A stretch of DNA of 64,000 nt, from sequence record NC_052663.1; one strand, given 5' to 3'. The stretch is from Escherichia phage VEcB. The position numbers and the translations under genes are program-made. The notes under the pieces were generated by a model. The model did not search any database and had not been told where the DNA came from. It saw nothing but the letters and a program-made list of their open reading frames with translations. Shown here one piece after another: positions 10,024 through 18,719 of this stretch (positions are counted from its first letter, which is position 1; the number at the start of each line of letters is the position of its first letter).

Positions 10024-10213
10024 CTTTAACCTCCAGTTGCGAAAGAACCCATTTAGCCATTTCAATTTCACCGTGCAGTCTGCCTAGTTCATAGGCATCA
10101 TCAATATTACCACCAGTGTAATCATCCACCATAAAGTAAGGATCTTCGCTACTGTTAGGTGCGTTTGCAATTCTCGTTAGTTCTTCAATAAATGTCATAG
10201 TTACCCTTACCAA
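10010..10213 (-). CDS. hypothetical protein
   Basis: 67 aa ORF. Confidence 0.4.
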   Translation of the reverse strand: MVRVTMTFIEELTRIANAPNSSEDPYFMVDDYTGGNIDDAYELGRLHGEIEMAKWVLSQLEVKDETN

Positions 10214-10431
10214 TTATACACAAGAGTTTGAATCTCTTCCATCAAGTCTTCAAGATCTGTATCAACATATTCAGAAGATGTTGCCATAAAGTATGTAATC
10301 ATTGTGAACCCTTCCGAAGAAAGGGCATCAAGGATATCATTAAACATATCTTCCATTTCAGTATTCTCACCAAATGAGAATAACATTTGTTGATCTTCGC
10401 TTACACCTTTAACATAGATAGCTGTACTCAT
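10207..10431 (-). CDS. hypothetical acidic protein
   Basis: 74 aa ORF, Asp/Glu-rich. Confidence 0.4.
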   Translation of the reverse strand: MSTAIYVKGVSEDQQMLFSFGENTEMEDMFNDILDALSSEGFTMITYFMATSSEYVDTDLEDLMEEIQTLVYNW

Positions 10432-10434
10432 ATA

Positions 10435-10755
10435 TTAATCCTTAAGACGTTCATTTAAATCTGCAATAACATCACCTAAATCTTCACATTCCAGTGTTAA
10501 CTCTGAAACTTGTCCACTCAAATAACAAACCTCTTCATTTAGATCTGAAATAATGTTTTCTAATGAATCTACTTGGTCATCATACGAACGTTTTGTTTCT
10601 TCAAGTTCTTCCGTAAGATCATTAATCAAACTGAGCAAAGATAAGATATAGCCGTCTCCTGTCTCGTTCCTCCACTCACTTCCGTAGCGATAAATAATAA
10701 TTTCACCATTATCGACTACTGTAAAATACTTACCTTCACCAGAATAAATTTCCAT
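10435..10755 (-). CDS. hypothetical protein
   Basis: 106 aa ORF. Confidence 0.4.
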   Translation of the reverse strand: MEIYSGEGKYFTVVDNGEIIIYRYGSEWRNETGDGYILSLLSLINDLTEELEETKRSYDDQVDSLENIISDLNEEVCYLSGQVSELTLECEDLGDVIADLNERLKD

Positions 10756-10764
10756 ACGCTCTCC

Positions 10765-11169
10765 TTATTGTAGCTTAAGTGAACTGCGAAGACGTTTCTC
10801 TTGCTGATCACGAATATGTTGTGGAACCTCATGAATTGAGTCGTTACCGTGCCTATTTTCAACAACTAAAGAGATAACTTGATAACCAAACTCTTCGGCA
10901 AGAGTAAAATAAGGTTTAAGTTCTTTCTCTGTGGTTGAAGTGTTAGAGACAATAATCTTTTTAATATTAGATGCCATAGCATCACGAACAATACTCTGAC
11001 ACCATGCGTGTGCTTTACCTACATTTTCTGGCTTCCAATCGTAAGCCCCGTTTTCTGTGTAATGATATTGATCTGCCTCACAGATAGGCCAATAACCTTC
11101 AGAAATAATTTCTGCTACTGTAGATTTACCTGCACCTGAAACACCACGTAAAATGATAAGTTGTTTCAT
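10765..11169 (-). CDS. P-loop kinase (polynucleotide-kinase-like)
   Basis: 134 aa; Walker A GVSGAGKST at N-terminus; adjacent to ligase-like and phosphoesterase genes. Confidence 0.55.
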   Translation of the reverse strand: MKQLIILRGVSGAGKSTVAEIISEGYWPICEADQYHYTENGAYDWKPENVGKAHAWCQSIVRDAMASNIKKIIVSNTSTTEKELKPYFTLAEEFGYQVISLVVENRHGNDSIHEVPQHIRDQQEKRLRSSLKLQ

Positions 11170-12102
11170 TTAGCCTCCAAAGAAGTTTTCTATTTCTTTA
11201 CGTCGCTCTTGTGGGTCTAGAGCAGCCCATTGAACCTTCGTAAAGTTATTTCGAAGCCATTCTAGCAAAGTATAATATTCTTCGTCAACAATTTGTTTAG
11301 CATTTTTTGGGTTGTCCCAAATCATATCCCACTTCTTATTGCCACCACGCATAAGGAACTTCTTAGCAAGATAGTATGGTGACTTAATCTTTAAGAGTAA
11401 GTTAAACGGATAGTTTGTTTCACGAACAACAAAGCCTTCGTGTCTACAATGTTTAGACATTTCAACAACATCTGAAAATTTAATCATCGGATAAACTTCA
11501 GGACGTTTAAATTTTGTAATAGATGCAATCCCATCAAGAACACCTTCAGGTAACATGAAACTTGTCCCATCCAGGTTTTGAATTCTTGCTCCAATTAAGT
11601 ACGCGCCTGGTTCTTCTTCGACAATATGTGGATCAGAAGGATCGCAGATTTCAAAAAGAAAAGTTGCTTTTGCACTTTCTGTCCACTTAATGAAATACTC
11701 TATGTCGTCACACTCGGAAACAATACGGTTCTTTGCCATAATTGCAAAATCTGATTCTAGGCTCCCTGTTGTTGATACAACAAGTTTCCCTTTGTACACA
11801 CCTACAGATGCCATAAAACCGTTTACTTTACGGACAGCATCTACAAGTTGGTCTGCTGGAAGATCTGTACCATTTTCAAAACGATTAAAGATTTTAGTAA
11901 AAGGCCAAATAACAACATTGTCTTCTGAGTCAACAACCAACCCACGACAATCTAGAAGGCGTTTGTCTACGTCCCACAAATTGTCCCAGAATACATTGTT
12001 TTTGTATTTAAGTACAGCAAGACCAGCATACTCTCCAGATTTAACTTCTTTTTTATGCACTAAACCTTTTGCAATCAGGTCATCACAATTGAACTTAGCC
12101 AC
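11170..12102 (-). CDS. RNA-ligase-like nucleotidyltransferase
   Basis: 310 aa; candidate motif I RKVNG, motif IV EGFVVRE, motif V LLLKIKSP. Confidence 0.5.
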   Translation of the reverse strand: MAKFNCDDLIAKGLVHKKEVKSGEYAGLAVLKYKNNVFWDNLWDVDKRLLDCRGLVVDSEDNVVIWPFTKIFNRFENGTDLPADQLVDAVRKVNGFMASVGVYKGKLVVSTTGSLESDFAIMAKNRIVSECDDIEYFIKWTESAKATFLFEICDPSDPHIVEEEPGAYLIGARIQNLDGTSFMLPEGVLDGIASITKFKRPEVYPMIKFSDVVEMSKHCRHEGFVVRETNYPFNLLLKIKSPYYLAKKFLMRGGNKKWDMIWDNPKNAKQIVDEEYYTLLEWLRNNFTKVQWAALDPQERRKEIENFFGG

Positions 12103-12103
12103 C

Positions 12104-12655
12104 TTAATCTCCTTTGATTATCTTATGATGATCTACAACAACAATATCACGCTTATCCATAATAGAGATGATTTCGTCAAAATGCAAGATTTTTCCGTGT
12201 ACGTCCCAACCAACATCCAACATTTTCCCATACAAATGATCAGGGAATGATCCGTGAGAGTGCCCGTGTAGCATGATTGATCCATGCCCTTGTTTATTCC
12301 AGGCAGCCATAGGGTAATGACTTAAGACGAAGAACAGTTTCTGATATTTCACTTCGTCATAATATACCACTTCACCATACTCTGCAAGCACTTTTCTGTG
12401 CTTACTGTAATCATGGTTCCCAACACAGTAAGTAATATCCCCTTGGAGACGGGAAGCAATCTTACGGGTATCTTCTTCAGTCCCGAAACAGAAGTCCCCA
12501 AGATGGTACATTTTTACTCCTGGTGTTGTGGCACATTTGTTCCATGCTTCGATCAGTGCTTCTGTCATATGCTCCATATCTTCCCACGGGCGATATTCAG
12601 GAGCAAACTCTCGAATACGTTTGTGCATAAAATGCAAATCACTTGTAATAAACAT
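12104..12655 (-). CDS. calcineurin-like metallophosphoesterase
   Basis: 183 aa; DLHF, HLGDF, VGNHDY, HGHSHG metallophosphatase motifs. Confidence 0.7.
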   Translation of the reverse strand: MFITSDLHFMHKRIREFAPEYRPWEDMEHMTEALIEAWNKCATTPGVKMYHLGDFCFGTEEDTRKIASRLQGDITYCVGNHDYSKHRKVLAEYGEVVYYDEVKYQKLFFVLSHYPMAAWNKQGHGSIMLHGHSHGSFPDHLYGKMLDVGWDVHGKILHFDEIISIMDKRDIVVVDHHKIIKGD

Positions 12656-13014
12656 TAGTATAATCCCTCGCTGAATAGTTCACTGTCGTGACCATTTCTT
12701 TCATAGTTAATTTGTTTGGCGTTATCTGCAATGATATAAGCATCTTTGCGACTCCACCAATTATAATACTGATCAATAAACCCTTGATTATCAGGTAAGC
12801 AAAACAGTTTATCGATCAATCCTGCATCTTTTAAAACATTAAGTTGTGCAGATAGTACAGGATTTGCATGCCTAACACAAGGAATAATTAACTCTTCGCC
12901 ATTGTTGAGAATATACTTATTCGCAGCGCAGACTATAACACGTTGAGCATAGTGATCCTCACCAATCCAGGTAAGAGGTTGGTAACAAATATCATGTTGA
13001 TTAGTAGCGCACAT
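12655..13014 (-). CDS. hypothetical protein
   Basis: ORF; ATG at 13014 preferred over TTG at 13017. Confidence 0.45.
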   Translation of the reverse strand: MCATNQHDICYQPLTWIGEDHYAQRVIVCAANKYILNNGEELIIPCVRHANPVLSAQLNVLKDAGLIDKLFCLPDNQGFIDQYYNWWSRKDAYIIADNAKQINYERNGHDSELFSEGLY

Positions 13015-13160
13015 CAATTTTCTTCATACTCTTCGTCTGTATATATATCGTAAAAGCAATCTTCAAAAGTTGCAAGTGCTTTTTCTACATCGGGCCAATG
13101 GTTAGTGTGTTTGTATACATAAAACCCATCCCCTTCATCTACCCAAATAACATAAAGCAT
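13014..13160 (-). CDS. small hypothetical protein (48 aa, not in ORF track)
   Basis: ATG with AAGGAGG RBS; stop overlaps next start (ATGA). Confidence 0.3.
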   Translation of the reverse strand: MLYVIWVDEGDGFYVYKHTNHWPDVEKALATFEDCFYDIYTDEEYEEN

Positions 13161-13169
13161 AACACCTCC

Positions 13170-13544
13170 TTAATAGTTAACACGTTTAATTTCAACACCA
13201 TAGGATGAAATAAAATTTTCCTTAGCTAACATATATTTACCAGCAGCAGAAGGATTTGATGTATGAACATAGATAGTTTTAAGAGCATCCCATTCACCTG
13301 CGTACAACATACATTCTACATCTAAGAACGCATGATATCCTTCTTGATCTTCCCCAAGATCATTATCGAAGTGTATTTCTGAGATGTTATTGAAATTATC
13401 TTCATCTGAAACAAAAGATGACCAATCCCCAAAAGATTTTAACCAAATGGCATCCTCATAACCATAATCTTTAGGATCTCTTAAATCGTCTAACCAAAGA
13501 ATTTTAGCCACTATCAACCCCCTTCCTGTTTCTCTTCTTTCCAA
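13170..13544 (-). CDS. hypothetical protein
   Basis: 124 aa ORF. Confidence 0.45.
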   Translation of the reverse strand: MERRETGRGLIVAKILWLDDLRDPKDYGYEDAIWLKSFGDWSSFVSDEDNFNNISEIHFDNDLGEDQEGYHAFLDVECMLYAGEWDALKTIYVHTSNPSAAGKYMLAKENFISSYGVEIKRVNY

Positions 13545-13705
13545 GTTTTACCTTTATCTACCAATTGCTTAGAAACAGCAAATCTTTCTCCATTGACATA
13601 AAACAGATAAAGAATAAAGGATTTTCCTATAGTTACAGTATCTACTACTTCTACACGCTTTACACCTTGCATGTATTTGGCTTTACCTGAATAAATAAGG
13701 AACAT
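13514..13705 (-). CDS. hypothetical protein
   Basis: 63 aa ORF. Confidence 0.35.
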   Translation of the reverse strand: MFLIYSGKAKYMQGVKRVEVVDTVTIGKSFILYLFYVNGERFAVSKQLVDKGKTWKEEKQEGG

Positions 13706-13983
13706 TATTTATTCCTTTTGTTGTTGATCACATCTAAAGCTGTGTAAGGTTTGTTTGTACCGCTGTATTCAAGAATAATTGGTGCATGTTCATAGACAAA
13801 CTCAAAAGTACCATACACAGAATCTGCAACTGAAATAAGCATTTCAGTGCCTTCATCGTTCTTAATTAATGAAAACCTTGCCCCTGGTTTATTGAGCACT
13901 TCATATTTCTTACCTGCTGTCAGCAAACCTGAATACCATTCATTTTGCACAACAGACAAACACTTCAGATAGGTTTTTCTCAT
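13705..13983 (-). CDS. hypothetical protein
   Basis: 92 aa ORF. Confidence 0.4.
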   Translation of the reverse strand: MRKTYLKCLSVVQNEWYSGLLTAGKKYEVLNKPGARFSLIKNDEGTEMLISVADSVYGTFEFVYEHAPIILEYSGTNKPYTALDVINNKRNK

Positions 13984-14321
13984 TTCTTTTTGCTCCTTCT
14001 TTTAGGCTTCTCGTATAAACCTAACACAGCAGACTCTTTTGCACAAATAGGAACTGACTTCATTCCTCGTTTTTTGGCTTCTGGTAGATTCAAAACCCAC
14101 CAGCCAAACCAATACAATTCATCTTCTGTGAAAGGATCTGCCATAGGATCTGCATCACGTTCTTCAAATCTAGCAAGAGCTTCTTCTATCTTCTCTATTG
14201 GAGTATCAAAGACAAAAGCCTCTGTGTCAAATTTTTGTTTCTTAGGAGCGGCCTTTGCCGCCCCATCTTTAGATGCGTGCTTTGTTACGGATCGCTTCTT
14301 CGGTGTTTTCGCCATCAACAA
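13980..14321 (-). CDS. hypothetical protein with basic termini
   Basis: 113 aa ORF. Confidence 0.4.
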   Translation of the reverse strand: MLMAKTPKKRSVTKHASKDGAAKAAPKKQKFDTEAFVFDTPIEKIEEALARFEERDADPMADPFTEDELYWFGWWVLNLPEAKKRGMKSVPICAKESAVLGLYEKPKRRSKKK

Positions 14322-14508
14322 CCTCCATACGGTGTAAGAAATCTTGCTGGAATCGCCAATACTGTTGACCAGTCCTTACATCTTCGTAGATCACAACAGG
14401 ATCAAACACTTTAGATACACCAGCTGGTTTAGGAAAACCAACTACACGATATAAACCACCTTTACTAATACAAGAATATGTTACATCAGTTAAAATTTCT
14501 TTTTTCAT
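14269..14508 (-). CDS. hypothetical protein
   Basis: 79 aa ORF. Confidence 0.35.
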   Translation of the reverse strand: MKKEILTDVTYSCISKGGLYRVVGFPKPAGVSKVFDPVVIYEDVRTGQQYWRFQQDFLHRMEVVDGENTEEAIRNKARI

Positions 14509-14702
14509 TTTTTAATAAACTCCAAAACAGGTACGTGATCAGCAGTCAAAGTTACACAATTGTAACTTACCTTTTCAACTTCAGAGAATGCTTCAACCCA
14601 AAGCAAGAAATTCTCTTTAGCTTCTTCATAATTCAATGTTGACTTAACAACATGGAACTCACCAAGAATTACTCTATAGATTGTTTGCATAGTTTGATTC
14701 AT
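14505..14702 (-). CDS. hypothetical protein
   Basis: 65 aa ORF. Confidence 0.35.
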   Translation of the reverse strand: MNQTMQTIYRVILGEFHVVKSTLNYEEAKENFLLWVEAFSEVEKVSYNCVTLTADHVPVLEFIKK

Positions 14703-14768
14703 TTATTTTTCCTTTGTTTAAAATGTGTTAAACAATCGCAAATGCTTGTGACGCACTTTGTGATCCCA

Positions 14769-15137
14769 CTAATTAACGTCAGCACTATGATTGTTGAGAG
14801 TATAGGATACTCCATCGCCCAAGTCAACATGAATCTCAACTCCTAACTGTCTTTCTAATGGTAAACGTTTTGAGAATTGATAATTACAAAGTTTGCAATC
14901 TAAGTCAAGCAACTCATGTTTGCTTAAGCCTGGGATGATAACTTTGCTTCCTACTGTCCACTCAATACCTTCAAAGTTATCTCTTCTTTTCAAAATGTCA
15001 AGTAAGAAGATGATTTGTTGCCATTCCGTAGACAAGTCTTCTTCATAGAACGCAGAACAAAAAGTTTTATCATCGTAGAAAGCATACATTATGCCTCCAT
15101 CTATTGTTTCACTTCTAACGTACCGTGTGACCCTCAT
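14769..15137 (-). CDS. hypothetical protein
   Basis: 122 aa ORF with GGAGGG RBS. Confidence 0.45.
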   Translation of the reverse strand: MRVTRYVRSETIDGGIMYAFYDDKTFCSAFYEEDLSTEWQQIIFLLDILKRRDNFEGIEWTVGSKVIIPGLSKHELLDLDCKLCNYQFSKRLPLERQLGVEIHVDLGDGVSYTLNNHSADVN

Positions 15138-15479
15138 TATTCCCTCCTATACGGCTCTGTAACGAGCTAATGGCCTTTAAGATATGCAATCACCTTACCT
15201 CACAGTAAAACTCGTTACAATCGTTTTTAGGAGGTTTAGGTTGTACTTAAAAATAATCCAAAAAGGTGTTGACAAACGCAAAAAAGTATGCTACCCTAAC
15301 CCCCGAAAAACGCCGAGCGCAGCGAGGGGGGTGTTATCTAATCTTGTGATACATGATCTAACAGACAACTGAGTAGTCTACATATAGCACTATGTTATGT
15401 CTATAATACTAACATACGTACTCTATACTAACAATAGATTCTTTAATAATTTTATTATTAATTAAATAATAAATATCTA

Positions 15480-15508
15480 TTGACTTTAGATCTATCTGTA
15501 TGTAGAGT
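15480..15508 (+). promoter_or_regulatory. sigma70-like promoter TTGACT-N17-TAGAGT with AT-rich upstream region
   Basis: -35 at 15480-15485, -10 at 15503-15508, about 40 nt upstream of prs start. Confidence 0.45.
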
Positions 15509-15547
15509 AGAGAACATAAAGTCCTAACTCAACTAAGGAGATAAACA

Positions 15548-16441
15548 ATGAAAGTTAGTATTCTACATGGTGTTGACTGTTATGTTACTGATGTAGACGT
15601 TAAAGTCTTTACATTCTCTGGTGGAGAACAACATGTTCAACTAGACACGAATCTATCAGGTTTCAATCATGCTACAGACAGAATCTTACTCTCTTTAGAA
15701 GTAAGATCTGCTAAAGACTTGATGACTTTGGTTATGACTAAGAATGCATTGGACAATATGCTATATCATAAACCATATTGTGTTGATTTGCTCATGTTGT
15801 ATGTGCCATATGCACGACAAGACAGAGTGTGTGAACCTGGGGAAGCATTCGGAGTTAAAGCATTTGCTTCTATAATTAATTCATTAAATTTCTCACGTGT
15901 TATCGTTGCTGATCCACATAGTGATGTTACTCCAGCGGTGTTTGACAGACTCTGTGTAATACCTCAAGAAGAGATTGCTTACGAAACTTTAAAGTGGAAG
16001 TTACGTATGGAGAATTTTGCTCTTGTTAGTCCTGATGGTGGTGCTCTTAAGAAAATATTTAAATTATCTAAGAAAATGTCTTTAGATGTGTTCTGTGCAG
16101 AGAAGGTTAGAGATACTGCAACAGGTGCTATTGTTCGTACAGACATTTCTGTACAGGATTTCAATAAGCGTAACCTGATGATCGTAGATGATATCTGTGA
16201 TGGTGGTAGAACTTTTATCGAATTGGCTAAAGTGCTACGTGCTCGTAACGCAGGTAAGATTGAGTTATATGTTACACACGGTATCTTTTCTAAAGGTCTT
16301 AAAGAGTTAAGTGAGCACTTTGACTGCATTCATTCTCTTAATGTGTGGGAAGATAACATCCAAGAAGATTCCGGTGTTCTTGTTAAGAATCAGTCAGATT
16401 TGCAACAACAAATTGTATCTCCATACGTGTGGAATTTTTAA
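15548..16441 (+). CDS. prs: ribose-phosphate pyrophosphokinase (PRPP synthetase)
   Basis: 297 aa; PRPP-binding motif LMIVDDICDGGRTF; AAGGAG RBS. Confidence 0.8.
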   Translation: MKVSILHGVDCYVTDVDVKVFTFSGGEQHVQLDTNLSGFNHATDRILLSLEVRSAKDLMTLVMTKNALDNMLYHKPYCVDLLMLYVPYARQDRVCEPGEAFGVKAFASIINSLNFSRVIVADPHSDVTPAVFDRLCVIPQEEIAYETLKWKLRMENFALVSPDGGALKKIFKLSKKMSLDVFCAEKVRDTATGAIVRTDISVQDFNKRNLMIVDDICDGGRTFIELAKVLRARNAGKIELYVTHGIFSKGLKELSEHFDCIHSLNVWEDNIQEDSGVLVKNQSDLQQQIVSPYVWNF

Positions 16442-16451
16442 ATAATAAATG

Positions 16452-16480
16452 TTGACAATAGGGAGTATGCTTAGTAAGAT
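16452..16480 (+). promoter_or_regulatory. sigma70-like promoter TTGACA-N17-TAAGAT overlapping an 8-bp inverted repeat
   Basis: -35 at 16452-16457, -10 at 16475-16480; GGGAGTAT...ATACTCCC palindrome spans spacer and -10. Confidence 0.45.
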
Positions 16481-16512
16481 ACTCCCACACTAACAAACAA
16501 GGAGACATAACT

Positions 16513-18246
16513 ATGAATATTTTTGCACCTTTTGCTACTGATTGGTATAAGCCTGGTCACAAGCAGATGTACAACCAAAATACAAAACTCATTTTCTCTA
16601 ATTTAACTCCTCGTAATGATAAAAACTTTGCACACTATGCAGATCGTGAAGCACGTGGTGTCATTGTTTTAGGTATTCGTCGAGCAGTAACCGATGCTCT
16701 TGTAACTATGTGGGACGGCTTCTTTAAAATGTCTCGTAGTGCAGCAGTAAATAAATTTTATCGTATGTCTAAAAATGCATTAGGTGCTTCTGCTCCTTCT
16801 GCTGAATGTTGGGGAGAATTGCACGATTTAGGTTATCTTCCGCTAGAAGTTCGATCTCTGCCAGAAGGTGTTTTGTGTCCTATTGGTGTTCCTGTGTTTA
16901 CTGTGCATAACACTTTAGAAAAATTCTTTTGGTTAACTAACTATGTGGAAACACTATTGTCAGATGAAACTTGGAAGACAATGACTAACGCCACAGCAGC
17001 TTTTCAGTATAAGCGTATCGCTATGGCGTATGCGATGGCAACGTGTGATAACATTGATCACGTTAATTTCCAGTGTCATGACTTTAGTCTACGTGGCTTA
17101 AGCAATATCGAAGATGGTTATAAGAGTGGTATCGCTCATTTGGCATCTTTCACAGGAACAGATAATATTCTGGCTATTGAGACTGTGCATGATTATTATG
17201 GTATTGATTATGATCAGTTTGTTGCAGGTTCTATTCCGGCAACAGAACATTCAGTAGCAACGACTAACATTGGAGCTATTGTTGAAGATCTGAAGAAACA
17301 TTTCCCACATCTTAAAGATGATGTTGATGGGCTTCGTTATGTAGCAGAGAAAGAGTTTCTTCGCCGCTATATCGAAGAAATTGTTCCAGAAGGTTTTTGT
17401 TCATATGTAGCAGATTCTTATGACTACTGGGCTGTCTTGACTCGCATTCTGGTAGAATTGAAAGAATCCATTATGTCACGAAATGGTCGTCTTGTTATTC
17501 GTCCAGATTCAGGAGATCCGGTTAAAGTTGTTGCAGGATACAATGTTGAATCTTTTGATAACTATGAAGACCTTTTAAATAATGGTATTGCTCCAGCCAC
17601 TGAAGTAGTTCATTTGGCTGATGTTAATAAGTATTACAATGTTCTTCAGGATTGCAGTGTTGCTGATTGTATTGATGAAACTTATGAGATTCCTTATTGT
17701 GAAGCAGTAGGTTCTATTCAAATCCTTTGGGAAGTGTTTGGTGGTACTATCAACCGAAAAGGCTACAAGGTTCTTGATCAGCACATCGGTATGATTTATG
17801 GTGATTCTATTACTGTTGAACGAGAACACGAAATCTTACGCCGACTGAAGAAGAAAGGTTTTGCAGCTTCCAATATTGTATTTGGTGTTGGTAGTTATAC
17901 TTATCAGTTCAATACACGAGATACTTTTGGTTTTGCTGTTAAAGCAACAGGTAGTATCATCGGTGAACACGAAATTTTGGTAAGTAAGGAGCCTAAAACT
18001 GATCCTGGTAAACGTTCTGCAAAAGGTTTTATTAAGGTTGTTAAGGATACAAACGGTAAACTTTCTCTCGTGGATAATCTTTCTTTTAAAGATATTCAAG
18101 ATGAAGACAATGAGTTAAAAGTTATCTTCAGGGATGGTACGGTTATTACACCACAAGTAGAAGGACGTGATGAAACATTTACGGATATCCGCAATCGTGT
18201 TGATGTAGAGGTTCTTCGTACTATGGGAACCATCCAGGTTGACTAA
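16513..18246 (+). CDS. nadV: nicotinamide phosphoribosyltransferase (NAMPT/NadV)
   Basis: 577 aa; N-terminal FATDWYKPGHKQMY resembles the conserved NAMPT TDSYK-x-THYKQY region; size typical of NadV. Confidence 0.8.
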   Translation: MNIFAPFATDWYKPGHKQMYNQNTKLIFSNLTPRNDKNFAHYADREARGVIVLGIRRAVTDALVTMWDGFFKMSRSAAVNKFYRMSKNALGASAPSAECWGELHDLGYLPLEVRSLPEGVLCPIGVPVFTVHNTLEKFFWLTNYVETLLSDETWKTMTNATAAFQYKRIAMAYAMATCDNIDHVNFQCHDFSLRGLSNIEDGYKSGIAHLASFTGTDNILAIETVHDYYGIDYDQFVAGSIPATEHSVATTNIGAIVEDLKKHFPHLKDDVDGLRYVAEKEFLRRYIEEIVPEGFCSYVADSYDYWAVLTRILVELKESIMSRNGRLVIRPDSGDPVKVVAGYNVESFDNYEDLLNNGIAPATEVVHLADVNKYYNVLQDCSVADCIDETYEIPYCEAVGSIQILWEVFGGTINRKGYKVLDQHIGMIYGDSITVEREHEILRRLKKKGFAASNIVFGVGSYTYQFNTRDTFGFAVKATGSIIGEHEILVSKEPKTDPGKRSAKGFIKVVKDTNGKLSLVDNLSFKDIQDEDNELKVIFRDGTVITPQVEGRDETFTDIRNRVDVEVLRTMGTIQVD

Positions 18247-18317
18247 ATAAAAACTTCGTGATAAGATTAAGGTAAGGAGAGCCTGCAACTGCCCTGGATG
18301 GGCTTCACGAAGGATTT

Positions 18318-18539
18318 ATGAAACAACATAATTTTTATTTTCGTTGCCGAGCCTGTAACAGACACTTGACTAATCATTCCCGTAGAGACAGGAATGGTAA
18401 TATTCAAGAGTCGGATCTATGCTCGATTTGTACAAGTTTGGCATTCGACGACAGTCCCGAAAGGGTTTATCAACATCAAAGTGTAACTGATCTTCTTCTA
18501 AATTACACAGCACCAGAGGAGGAATTAGATTTCACATAA
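18318..18539 (+). CDS. hypothetical small Cys-rich (zinc-finger-like) protein
   Basis: 73 aa; CRAC...CSIC. Confidence 0.4.
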   Translation: MKQHNFYFRCRACNRHLTNHSRRDRNGNIQESDLCSICTSLAFDDSPERVYQHQSVTDLLLNYTAPEEELDFT

Positions 18540-18551
18540 TTAAGGAAACAG

Positions 18552-18662
18552 TATGTCTACAGAAATTATTTTTGGCTTATCTGTTTTTATTGCTCTTGTA
18601 TCTTTTGTATGCGGTTATACACTAGGTTACAGATCAAGAAAAAATATTGTAAAAACTAGTTG
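18552..18662 (+). CDS. possible small hydrophobic peptide (36 aa, not in ORF track)
   Basis: ATG preceded by AAGGAAAC; single hydrophobic helix FGLSVFIALVSFVCGY. Confidence 0.25.
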
Positions 18663-18688
18663 ACAACATAGCTAGTTATTTGCTAAGA
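18659..18688 (+). promoter_or_regulatory. sigma70-like promoter TTGACA-N18-TAAGAT
   Basis: consensus -35 and near-consensus -10 upstream of ORF 18720. Confidence 0.4.
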
Positions 18689-18719
18689 TAAGCCCAAGTT
18701 AAACAAAAAGGAGAAAACT

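Noticed and set aside
15184-15372. 62-aa plus-strand ORF in the divergent intergenic region
   Set aside because: No RBS, overlaps promoter-like and hairpin sequences; treated as non-coding regulatory DNA
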